A DNA stretch of 64,000 nt from Podarcis pityusensis (lineage: Eukaryota): NCBI GenBank assembly GCA_964106645.2, contig OZ067047.1, one strand, 5' to 3'. The stretch's first letter is position 1. Each line of letters starts with the position of its first letter. The notes under the pieces are model-generated. The model was not told the DNA's origin. It saw only the letters and a list, made by a program, of their open reading frames with translations, and searched no databases. The translations under genes were made by a program, and so were the position numbers. Below are positions 38,420-50,400 of this stretch, in pieces.

Positions 38420-41400
38420 GCTACTATTTTAAGAACATACTTTATACAAAATAACAAATTCTTATGGAAATAAAATCTACAGATCTCCAAGGATCAAGCT
38501 CATTTTTTAAAAAAAGGATCCTTAAAAAAATTACCCAAACACAGAAAATTAAACTAACTATTGAGGTAACTGTCGCTCTCAGGGAATCAGTAGACCAAGA
38601 CGAAATATACACAATATAAAAATAAATAGCATTCCCCTTTCCAGTATTGACCAGGAGAGTTCAAACCCAGCTCTTTGCAGCAGCAAAAGAGTAGAGGAAA
38701 GGATCCCTGATGCTGTGCTCCATGGGCAAGGAAAGTGATCAGGGTTTTTTCAGGAGCAGTGGAAAAGGCAGCCAAGTGAGGTACCTGAGTCCCAGTTGGG
38801 GAAAATAGAAGAGCACACGAGGAAGAATTCACAGTCAGTCAGTCAGTCTTATATCAGGTGTTACCTCTCCAATTAACGGGCTCTCTTGACAGTAGCTTCC
38901 TGCCACACTAACAAGTTCAGTCTGCTATGGCGTGGAAGACTCATGCCGGCTCCCTTTCAAAACTAGTTGAGAAATTCATTTATCCAGCCAGACACTGCCA
39001 TGTGCAGTCCAAACCATGTCAGATTCCTCCCAGAGTTTGTCAATAATATATTTTCACAGCTTGATGGTGAGAAGACACTTGCAGCCACAGCTCGTAGTCC
39101 TGTTGACCAGAAGATATTCCAGCTGTTTGACAGAGACCAGGATCCAGCTTGCAAGTCAAACATCAGACTTCATCCAGAGGAACGTTCTCTCTTCTCCTTT
39201 TGCCCCCAAATAGGCAAATTACATTCTTTACAATCTTAATTACAATAATACAGTCCCTCCCATCCCACCCACCAAATGACCCAGAAAACATTTCAGGAAT
39301 GATGGAGATTGGCAAAAAATTGTCAAAGCTCAACCACTTCAAATTAAAAACCAAAAGTATTGTTAGAAATTCTCAGATCACTAAGAAATATATTCTCTAG
39401 CAACCAAGCCTGTTCTTTTGTGTCTCTAGTCAGAAAACTTCTTTCTTGCTGTCCTTCCTAACCATGGGGAAAATATATCATTCTACTTAGACAAAATGCA
39501 GTAGTGCAGGAAAAAGCTGAGCAGTAGAAAAAAAGTACTCAAACATTGAGCAAGATACGATTTTTGTATGTGTAAAATCAGGAACCAGACTAAAAAACTA
39601 ACTTCCTAACCTCAACAGTAATTCAAGTTCCAGTCACTAGTCCCAATTTTTAAGCACCAGTGATCTCTGGATTTTTTTATTTCCCTGCAGTGGACTCCTA
39701 TGATATACTTAACTTTTGTAACGAGGGAACCTGGAGAAAGCACAATAACTGCTCTACTTTTATTGCTAAATAGTCAAGCTGTAGTGTGCACTGAACTATT
39801 ATGGAAGAACAAAGCATTAGTAGATGCCAGGGTGCATAAAATATGAACTATAACTTGCATTTATATCCAAAGGAGAATTCAGCACCATGACACTTGGAAG
39901 CTCCTGTTTAACGTCAGTGAAGTCAGTTGCAGAGGGAATTAAATTCATTGTATAACAGTGACACCTTGTGGTCAGTAGAGAATGTGGCTAAACCCAAAGA
40001 ATCACTGACATTAGTGGTAGCACTGATCACCTAGAGCTAAGAGGAATTCCCCACCAGGATTCATTGGATCCTTCAATGCTCTGACTACAGAAAGTATGCA
40101 GCAATTTGGTAGCTGTTAATATTGCAATAAGCACCTGGTATACTGCCAATGCTAAACAAGTACTTAGTAGAAATAGTTACACAGTTTGAAAAATTTCACA
40201 GAAATCCTGTAGATTCTTGCCAGAAGACATAGGAATTAAAAACAGTAGGGCCTGCCAACTACATTTAGCTCCCCATCGATAACAGTCAATATTCCTACTG
40301 TCTTGTTGCTCTTATCAAAGGAACATTCACATTATAGTAAAGCAAATTTCTGATACGTGCTAATCAGCAAGAACCTCTTTTGTTACTCTGTTGTCAGCCA
40401 AGTTATATTTTTGATTCCTCCAACCCAAACATTCATCAACAGCATCCAAAATTTTGTCTGGTCTTTGTAGTTAGTCAAATTCTGGAGCTGTCTGCCACTC
40501 ACTCTGACTCTCCAATCTGGAGAGGGGCAAGATCATATTTCAGATGTGCCATGTTGTGGCGGTATTCTAACTTTGTGAAAAATATTGCCACTTCAGAGTG
40601 CCTCTGAAACTCACATGGCTGCAAAGGTAACCCCTAGAGAAAATGGAAGGACTTGTAGCTAGAAGTCTCCAGCCCCCAAAACTGAGTGGGAATGCAAGGG
40701 CAAGCCTCTCCACTCTCCTCCCATTTTGCACTCAACAACTTAAAAATATGCTCACCACTGGTAAGTGCATTTTGGAGCCCTGTTCACCACCATCTCCCAC
40801 AATCAACCTTTGGAGTCTCTTTCAAAATCTCACCTGTTTCATTTCCACATTCATAACAGGATTAATTTAGGTCTGCTGCTGTCTGCTTCTATGTATCTAT
40901 TCCTACTTGTTTTCAGAACACTTGACTATTTCAACATTATGAAATCTCACATCTGGCACTCCTCACTGTAAACATAGGCACCAGTATTGGAAAAGGTATG
41001 CCAGAATCAGTCCTTATTTTCTTAGGTATGTTTCCCTAACATATAGCAGTGAAGAAAAACATGTTCTTTAAAAAATATTTAATTCAGTGGTAAATGTGGG
41101 CACTAAAGGAGATGCTCCACACAATGCTTGAATTACTGGGGTGTGGGGGAGGAGAGGGGACCTTGTAGTTTATTATAGAATAGATTAGGAAATATTGCTT
41201 CAGGATAGCATGTGTTTGGCTGCTGGGAGGGAATGGAAGAGCAGCTGCATCTCACACAAAAGTGGAATCTATTCTCATGGAGAAAAGGCCTTATATAATC
41301 AGAGGCATCTTTGTTTTTCAGTCAACATACATATAGGATAATGTTACACTTAAATATATGGGAAATAAACACTTCCTTTCAGTGAGAAAAAACCAGCATT

Positions 41401-44400
41401 GCTGAAAGAAAAATTCAAATCTTGCATATTCTCCTCATACAAAGATACAAACTATGTTTTCTGGTTTATGGGCCCTGTACATCATCTCCTGCTTCTAGTT
41501 GGGACATATGATGACACAAAGGAATGGCCAGAGAACTCTGTGATCAAATAGTGCTAACTTATTGATAAAGGCTATATTGGAATGCTACCAAATGAAGAAA
41601 GCACTGTGCACCGCCAGGGAGCCTACTGAACTGTCATGTCTGTCAGATCCTTATTTTCAGTTCCACCAACACATTGCCTTCACTCTCCAAACACAGGAAA
41701 ATGCAAACCAACTTCAGATCTAGAACTGAGACATCAACTGAAATACACAACTACTTTTTACAATAGGCACACTATTGATGTACTGCTGATATTTTATGTT
41801 TTGTTTGAATTAGAAGTATTTCATATATCCAAGCACCGTAGCATTCACCAGTCTCAGTAATACCTCTGTTTGAGGATCATAGACCATTATTGATAACGAG
41901 ACACTATAAGGAGTAAAACAATTCATCCAACTAGGAGGATTTAATTACCAATATTGGTAATTAATACCAGTCAATGGTGGTTTTTTAATGCCTAGGTAAT
42001 TATTTCAATGAGGGAAACTCACCCTCCCCAAAAAACTCATATATTGTTTACATGATTAACATTTACCATTAACACTTCCTCTTTATTTTTAGTGTGTCTG
42101 CTTTAGGAAAGGATTTATTCTTCCCTTCCTGCTTCAGAGAGAAGTATGCAGGGGTCATCATGTGCCTCTTAAAAAAGGGTTTCTTCCACATGGAAGGCAG
42201 GGGTCCTGCAGGGCCAGAATGTGTGGCACCCCATCTGTATCTTAAACAGATACAGATGGGTAAAAGTGGGGAGGTTATTGCTTGAGATAGTTCTTTCATT
42301 ACAAGAAGCACAAGCTTTGAAGCCCATTATCAGTCCATCTGCAGCTGTGCCACTCATCTATCTTAGCCATCCAAAAGGCTCACACACTTATTATTCAACC
42401 ACTTATGCCAAAATTATGACAGAACAGGAACTGGGAAATAGCAAAAGCTTCCCATCAACTTTTAAAAGAAATAACACCACTATCCTATTACAATGCCTTC
42501 CTAGGAGCCACTAACATCCATATGTTTACAGATACTGAGTAGCAGTTTGTGGGGCTCTGCTACTCTTCTGGCTTCCCAGCAGCAGAGCTAATCTGCTGCT
42601 CCTGCCACCATAAATCACACTAAGTTCCCCACACCTCACACCTCCCCTCTCAGCAAGTGCCAGAGACCTGCTCTGTTGGGAAACCAGGAGAGCAACAGAG
42701 TCCTACCCTCACCGGACATTACTGTAGATACTAGAAGCTATCTCATAACTCCAATGTGCTAATAAGCTCATGTAGATCATTTAAGCCCAACCTAACACAC
42801 AAGCTTTCACATGCAATAACCTGCTTCACAGTTCTAATGAAAGTGTGCTCATTGCTCTCTAAAGTATATCTCACGACAAACCAGTGAATCTATAAGGTGC
42901 CACAACATTATTCTTTTGTTTGTTTGTTTCACAGACTAAAATGACTATAGATTTGGAATGTATTCCTGATTTTTTTTGGGGGGGGGGAGAGAATACTATG
43001 CTAACTTGTGGCCCACCAGATGTTGTTGGGACTACAGCTTCCACCATCCTTGAATGTTGGCCATGTTGACTGGGACTGATGGGAGGTAGTGGAACAACTT
43101 CTGCAAAGCCAGTAGCCAGCCACATCTGCTATACAAGGAATGGAAATTTTTCTTCTCTAGTTTATGAAGTTATCAGGCAACAGACTAGAAGAGATTAAAG
43201 GGAAGAGGCAGAAACTCAAGTAATATTTAGTGATAGACATAGGTAGAGCCCCTTTCAAGCTTGCACCATAACGTAACTGCTCTGCAATGAGGCTATGACT
43301 CTGGGCTAGAGTTCTATTTAAAAAACCACAACTAATATAAATTCATTCATGGGAGGGGGAAAATCAGTAGGGGAAATGTTGTTTGAAACAAAAAACTTAA
43401 GTTTAAAAAATTATTTCAGGGCCTAGGTGCCAGCGCCTGTTTCTTTCCTTTGAAAATGACTGTCCATGAGCTGCGTACTCTAATTGTATTAGGTTAGCTG
43501 GAACTGCCACTGGAGATGTGGCCGTGGTCCTTTTTTACTTGCTACTTGTACTAGACATGAGACTGAGAATAGATTTCTGGCTCACATGCTCCTTTCTCTG
43601 CTTTCCATGGGCACAGAGGAGCTCAAATAAACATGGAATTTTCCCCGTTCAGTCACTAACTTCTACACACAGTGAAACGAGGGAGTGAGCACTTAGGATA
43701 TACATTGAAGCTCACTCCAGGCACAATCCAAGTAAACAAATGGGCAGACCTATGGCATCCATCAACAGAATATAGTAGTGCCTAGTGAAAATTTCCACAC
43801 TCTGACTGAATGTGTGTCCAGGCCTGGCGAGAGCCACATACTTAAGACAAATCAGAGCGCCATATTATATTGTATTCTAGGTGCCACTGAAAGCATCACA
43901 GATGCTGCATAAGAAACCCTTCTGTAATATTCTCACAGGCTTTTGTCTCCGGTTCTAGCATCTTTAAAGAGATCTTTGAAAACATTGGCATTACATGTAA
44001 CAACATTCTCTTTTCTTATCCCCATAATCTCAGCTTGGGTGTATGACAGGGTAACTATTATTCCCAGTCAGAAATGTCTGCAAAAAGGCTGCTACAATTC
44101 TAAACAAGATTTCCAAATTTCTGGAAATTCTAGTTTGCTGGTTTCCTAGTTCCAATAGTGGCAGGAACTAGCAGTGCATACAATTCAAGGGCAAGATTGG
44201 GGAACAGTGATTTCTCCTGAGCAACACCTGTGGCCAGTTGCCAGGCAATGCCTTAGCCCCAGGTAACCAATAGGTGGTGTTGATAAAAAAAAATCAGAAA
44301 AAAACCATTATTTCCTGCATCTAACCCACTCCTGAAGGATTTCAATGTGACATGATTGTAAACATATTATGATCATCCCAGTGCTATGCCCACAACATTT

Positions 44401-44839
44401 GAGGCCTACCACTCCCACCCTAATAATGTACAATACATTCACCAACAGAAATATTTTTCTTTTAAAAGGCAACAGGTTAAAAAAAATCTGTAAACTGGAT
44501 TCCATTCCAAACACACATATTAATACAAGTACTTTCCATAGCCTCCTGTCTTTCACCCTGAAAAATATACCTGAGTTTTAGCAGTTCATGAAAGTTTCAA
44601 GCTCCTCAAACAGAGCCCCTTTAAACTCTTAAAGAAACCTAAGTCTCTGGTGAGAAATATGTCATTAGATCAAGTTGCTCCCTCTGTGTCATTGTGACAG
44701 TCCTATGAGGTGCTCTATTCCACCAGACCTTGGAAAGAGATACTTCTGGGAAAGAAGATGAGTGTAGAAAGTATATTTCCCTTTGTCCTCATCCACTCAT
44801 ATGTGGCTCTCGTCTCCATCAAATCCTTCCAGCCTTAGA
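38420..44839 (-). other. CECR2: Probable long CECR2 3'UTR (~6.4 kb)
   Basis: TE-poor stretch after the stop; AU-rich end with variant signal TATAAA (forward tttata 38441-38446) followed by GU-rich sequence; end position inferred. Confidence 0.55.
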
Positions 44840-44845
44840 CTAACT
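44840..44845 (-). CDS. CECR2: CECR2 terminal exon, coding part (Ser + TAG)
   Basis: ttttttgtttgtcccttttcag|AGT TAG. Confidence 0.85.
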   Translation of the reverse strand, partial: S

Positions 44846-47382
44846 CTGAAAAGGGACAAACAAAAAAGTGATGATTATTTGTTTCAGAAGTAGTTTTCTA
44901 AATAAATAATAAAGATCAAGCTAATAAATATCCAGCTTCAACACTATATTAAATGTGTAAAAACCACAATTTTGGTTTTAAATAGTAGCTGCAATGGGAG
45001 GGGGAAAATTGGGATAACAACAAACAACTTTACTTCTTGGAGGAGGGACAGCAGATTTTCTTGGGGAGTGAGGGGGATGATCTTCTCCAGGACTGTGCAG
45101 TTTATTTATTATTTTAAAATTTTATATCATGCTTTTCACCATCTAGGTCTCAAATAGGTATATAACAATAAAAAATGCAAAATTTAAAATTTAAAACATA
45201 AACATCACAAAATTAAAACCTCAGAAATTTAAAATATCAATTATTTAAACAAGAACATGAGAAAAAAATTAAAATACCAGAGAATCATTCATGAGGCAAA
45301 GTCCTCCTGAAGTAAGATGGTTTTAACAACACCTGAAACTCAGCAGGGAGGTGCCTGTCAGACTTCTAATTGGGAAAGAGTTCCATAGAGTTTGGCCAAC
45401 AATATCGAAGGTGCAACTTCTTGGTGTGAGTCATGCTTCTGGTCCATGGGGGACCACTAGTGATTGGGATGTACAGAGAAAGGTGTTTCTTAAGGTATCT
45501 TAGACCAAAAACATTCATGTTTTGTGCACTAATACAAGAACCTTTACCTTGGCCTGGTAGCAGAGGAGAATCCAGTACAAGTCTTTCAACAATGGTCTCA
45601 AGTGTAGGTGATCCATTCAAGGTAGGCAACATTGGGGGGGGGGAGGGCAGGCAGATGGTGTGTGGGAAGAGTGGCTTAGCTCTCCCTGCCCCTTCACTCA
45701 CTCAATCCCAATCGTGCCAAATACCATCCCCCACTAAAAGCTGCTTTTCCTCCAAAGGGGAACTGTGACTGCTACTCTGACCATCTCCTCCTCCCCACAG
45801 CTATTTTTAAAAACAAACACACATGCACATGTAATGTATCATTATTCTGGCCACCAGGTGGCACAATATCAGAGCAGCCTAACAAGAAACTGATTTTACA
45901 CCCTTTGAAAGCAAAGACTGAGAAATACACCGCAGTTATTTCATCAACCTAGGACAGAAATCATTTTTCATTTTTAGAAGGACTTAATAAACAGCCATGT
46001 CTAATGAATTAAGAGCAATAACTTGGTGTATTGGCCCAAAAGGAGTGCTGGAAATCCCCAGTTCAAATTTTGCTGCAGTCATGAACTTACTACATAGATG
46101 GCCTTAGGAAGGTTATGCTCTTCCAGTTGCAGTTTTCTACCAACTGCAATAAGAAGATTGTAATGCATGCCTGACATAATAAGGTTGTTGTATGTATCAC
46201 TGAGAAGGGCTTTGGTCCAATCCAAAATGCAATATGAATGCAGCATTGTTTGTTATTTGTTTGTTGTTGTTGCTGCTGCTGCTGTTGTTAGCAGTTGGCT
46301 TAGTATGATTTCTTTCTTACCATCAAAAAAATCTAAGCCTAAGCAAAAGCGTGCACAATATTAAAGCAATCCCAAGAATAAATATCACTCACCAAATTAT
46401 AATAAAAAGTATGGCCTACCATTGGTTCTGCTTTCTCCCTTCCCACAAAAGCTACTAATACTCACATATTTCATGCATCATGGTGCAACACAAACATCAT
46501 TCTCTATAATCTGTCCTTTATTTGTACTTACTTGATCCAGAGGCAATGCTGGTGTTTTTTGTGCTGGAGGGTCTTCCCGGGCTGGTGTTGTGGTAGGCAC
46601 CTTTAGGAACGGGGCTTGTGGCTGGTGCATGTGCATTCTGGAATCATACACAATGGAAATGGCAACCTTAGCAATGGCATAAACGTAGTTTATGCAAAGA
46701 CGTATGTTCCTACAATGGGAAATTCATTTGGTGGAGATTCACCATGGGTAGGCAAACTAAGGCCCGGGGGCCGGATCCGGCCCAATTGCCTTCTAAATCC
46801 GGCCCATGGACAGTCCAGGAATCAGCGTGTCTTTACATGAGTAAAATGTGTGTTTTTATTTAAAATGCATCTCTGGGTTATTTGTGGGGCATAGGAATTC
46901 ATTCATTTTCCCCCAAAATTAAAGTCCGGCCCCTCTCAAGGTCTGAGGGACAGTGGACCGGCCCCCTGCTGAAAAAGTTTGCTGACCCCTGTGACATATA
47001 CGGTTAGATCTACATCATACCCCAAGTTCTCTGTATCTGATTTTATCTGGTTGCTGAACATAAATTAGATGTACGTCCCTTAACTGTCCTTCACTATAAA
47101 AAAGAGAGAACAATGAATTAATCTACATTTTCCCGCACAAAATCTATGGAGAATAAGACTGGATAGTCTACAAAAAGAAGTGATGTTAGTATTGTAAGCA
47201 ACCTTCAACCTTTACTACTTAATTGTTATCTCAAGCAATATGAAGTAGATGAATAGCTTTCTCCCTAAAAAAAATACAAGAAACCTTATTGATAACTTCA
47301 ACAAATTAAAATAAATTCATGGTTTAGTAGTATAATTCAGGAAAAAACACTGCCCTAGGATCCACTGAGATGAAGGGTCAGC

Positions 47383-47420
<38 letters not shown>

Positions 47421-50400
47421 GAAAGCCAGTTCTCCCCTCTTCTACCCATGGTGTGTATGCACTGCCAGCTCCTGTTAACAACTGAACAAAAATATAAGGA
47501 ACTAGAATTTCCATAAGACAGGAAATTCTGTGTGAGATTGCAGCAGTCACTTCTAAATAATTTCAGGTTGTCAGTAAGAGTAAAAACTTAAAATATGAGC
47601 CAAGATTGTGGGGACAATCTTGGCTCATATACATGGATTGTTGCTCCATGTAATGTTAATGTGCTGGAAGATCTATATAAGGATACCAAAACCACGGATA
47701 AGGGCCTGTGAGGGCATTACAGGTATGGACAGAATCAAAACTATCAGATCAATCCCTTCTCTCATTGCAAGGTGACTTGTGAAGCTCTATCACACATGGT
47801 AGTGATGTGTACTGTTCATTGCTGCTCTTTAGAATCTCACCTTTATGACAGCAACTATCATTCAGCACTCTTCCCCACCCCCTGGCATTCTTCCCCCACC
47901 TCATTGTCCCATGAAGAACATTCTTCTCCCACCTCATTGTCCCATGAAGAACAGTCTTACCCTGCTGTTCTATACATATCTGGAGACAGTCCCCCCATGC
48001 CACCTCCATGTCCTGTCTGTTCCATCATTAAGGCCTGAAAGTGCCCCACATTCTCTTCCTGGCAGCGGTACAGAGGTCCCTCATGAGCAAGACCATTGGC
48101 TTGATTGGTGGCTGGAAGATGTGCCAAGTGAGCATTCACAGGGGACCCATAAGCTCTGGACTGGAAGTGACCGGTGGGATGTCGTGGTGCATAAGGTGAC
48201 CCTGTCTGCAGCATGACACTGTGCGGTGGGAAAGCAGAGGGACCAAACCCAAGCCCAGAAGAACTCATGGGTGGTGGAGGTGAACTATACAGGTATTCTC
48301 CTGCTGCAACTGATCTCTGTCTCTTGGTGGCTGCATTGTGGTTGTCCAAATCAAGAAACTCTTTGGGACTCTCAGGCCTCTCTTGGGATTCATCCGTTTT
48401 CTCAGCCTCAGGCGGCAGCTCTTGCCCACTGCTGGGAACCTCTTTGGTGCTTGCCATGTCCATTCGGTTTGGGGAAGCCAAAGAAGTGGTAAGCACTTCA
48501 CAGCCCTGCATGCCGCTGCCCATGGTCGCTCTGTCTGAGAAAGGAGGCCTGGCCAGAGGTGATGGACCAGGTGGATGACCAGTGGGACTGGACTGGGGAG
48601 GGAAAGGCCTCTGCCAGTCTGAATAGCCCTGTGGACAAGGATAGTAAGGAGGCTGCTGGTAGTGGTGATAGGAAGGAGGAGGTTGAGGCTGGTAAGGGTA
48701 TGGCATGCCCTGGTGGGAACGGTAACGAGGGAAAACCCCATGGGGACTGTTACTAGGCTGAAAGCCTCGGGCAGAAAAATGTTGAGAATGGGCTACTGGG
48801 TGGGGTTTCCCTCCCATCATAGGATTAAATCCCTGCAGTCCTGGATTGATGTGATAGTGTGCTGCTGAATTTGGATACTCCAAATTGGGCATGTAGAGAG
48901 GGGCAAACTGGCCAGAGGTGCCTCCTGCCGGACTGCTATCCATGGCAGCAGGAGTATTGGTGCTCTGTCCCACGCAAGGCACAGTTGCTTCCAGCACGTT
49001 TTTTCCCCCAGTGCAACGCGACTTCTCCATTATATTAGCAGCCACTGTTTTTCCTTCAGTGCCAGTGGATGGTCCATCACCTATAGCACCATTTTCAGGC
49101 ACAGGCCCTCTTTCTGTCGCTGTTACAATGTCCTGCGCACATCCTTGGGCTGCTGAACTTGTATAGTTACTCTCCGCTGGCCATGTGCTCTTGCTCTGTG
49201 TTGCTTTTGGATCATTTTTAGTTCCAGAATCAACACCCTCCCCTTCCTGGGTCTGCCTGGAGCAATCCATTTGCAAGGGATGCTTGGAATGAGGTAGCAG
49301 CTTGGGGTATGTCCCCTCTGGAAGGCCAATACACTGGGCTTTCTCTTCCACTCCTGGTGGAGGGTTCACTGTGCAAAATGAAGCAAAGAGAAGTTAAATC
49401 TTTTTCATCACATGAACTGACAACATCCAGAAAAATTACAGTGAACTCCAAGGTCCAGTATAGACATAATATTAACTTGGTTTTTATGAAATGGGAGTTT
49501 AGAGCATCCCTATAGTTATTTTTATCAGGCTTAGCAACAATAATATGCAATGCTGAGCCATGTTAAAGGGGAGTGGGACAATTTAGTGTGATTGAGCATG
49601 TGTGTCAGAAGGGAGTGTGTGATCCTGCAGCCTGCTCCCAATCTCTGAACCCAGTTAACATCACATTTACACAAGGCCTGAGTGAAACTCCACCACCTAT
49701 TAACTTCACAATTTTAAGTACAGCAGGAACAGTGAACAAATGTAAATGAAGTGTCCCCCCCCCCCCCCGATTTGCTTTACAATTAAAATGGTGCTAGAAG
49801 AAGACTGTTAACATTCTACAAACATCACATAAACATGGGATGTGGAGACATGCTAACCATGGTGCAGGTATGCAGCTCCTGTTAATTTCAAAGGGTTTGA
49901 ATGGGAAAAACTTACAGTATACTTGTATCAAAACAAATTCTTACTCTGCTGCTCCTAATGGTGTCCAATAAAATCTACTAGTCACCTTACTTTCTCCCAT
50001 GGCCACCTATGTGTGGACATGCCATAGTAAAGCATCAAACAGACAGCCCCCCCCAACCCGATTCACCAATGACAACAGCAGTCCCTAACTCTTTACAGAT
50101 GCTTGGGGCAAATGGACATAAATCAGTTGCTCAACTGATGAAGCCACCATATTTTGCCTTAGCAGATCAAGAACATGCAATTACCTTGGTTGTTCTCTGA
50201 ATCAACTGTCTGGCTGGTGTCCTGAGAGTTCCCATTCCCTAAAACTGTTTTTGGAGGTTGAATGTTCATAGATGCTACATGGGCCAGTTGTGGAAATGGT
50301 CCAGGCAAGTGGGGGGGAGGAGGCTGACGGGGGTGGTAAGGCACACCAGGTGGGCATACCCGGGAGGACAGCTGTTGCATGGCAATCATCTCTGGACTGT

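Noticed and set aside
38967-39239. Protein-looking 90-aa plus-strand ORF
   Set aside because: Non-ATG start, no splice signals or recognisable homology; antisense within the probable CECR2 3'UTR
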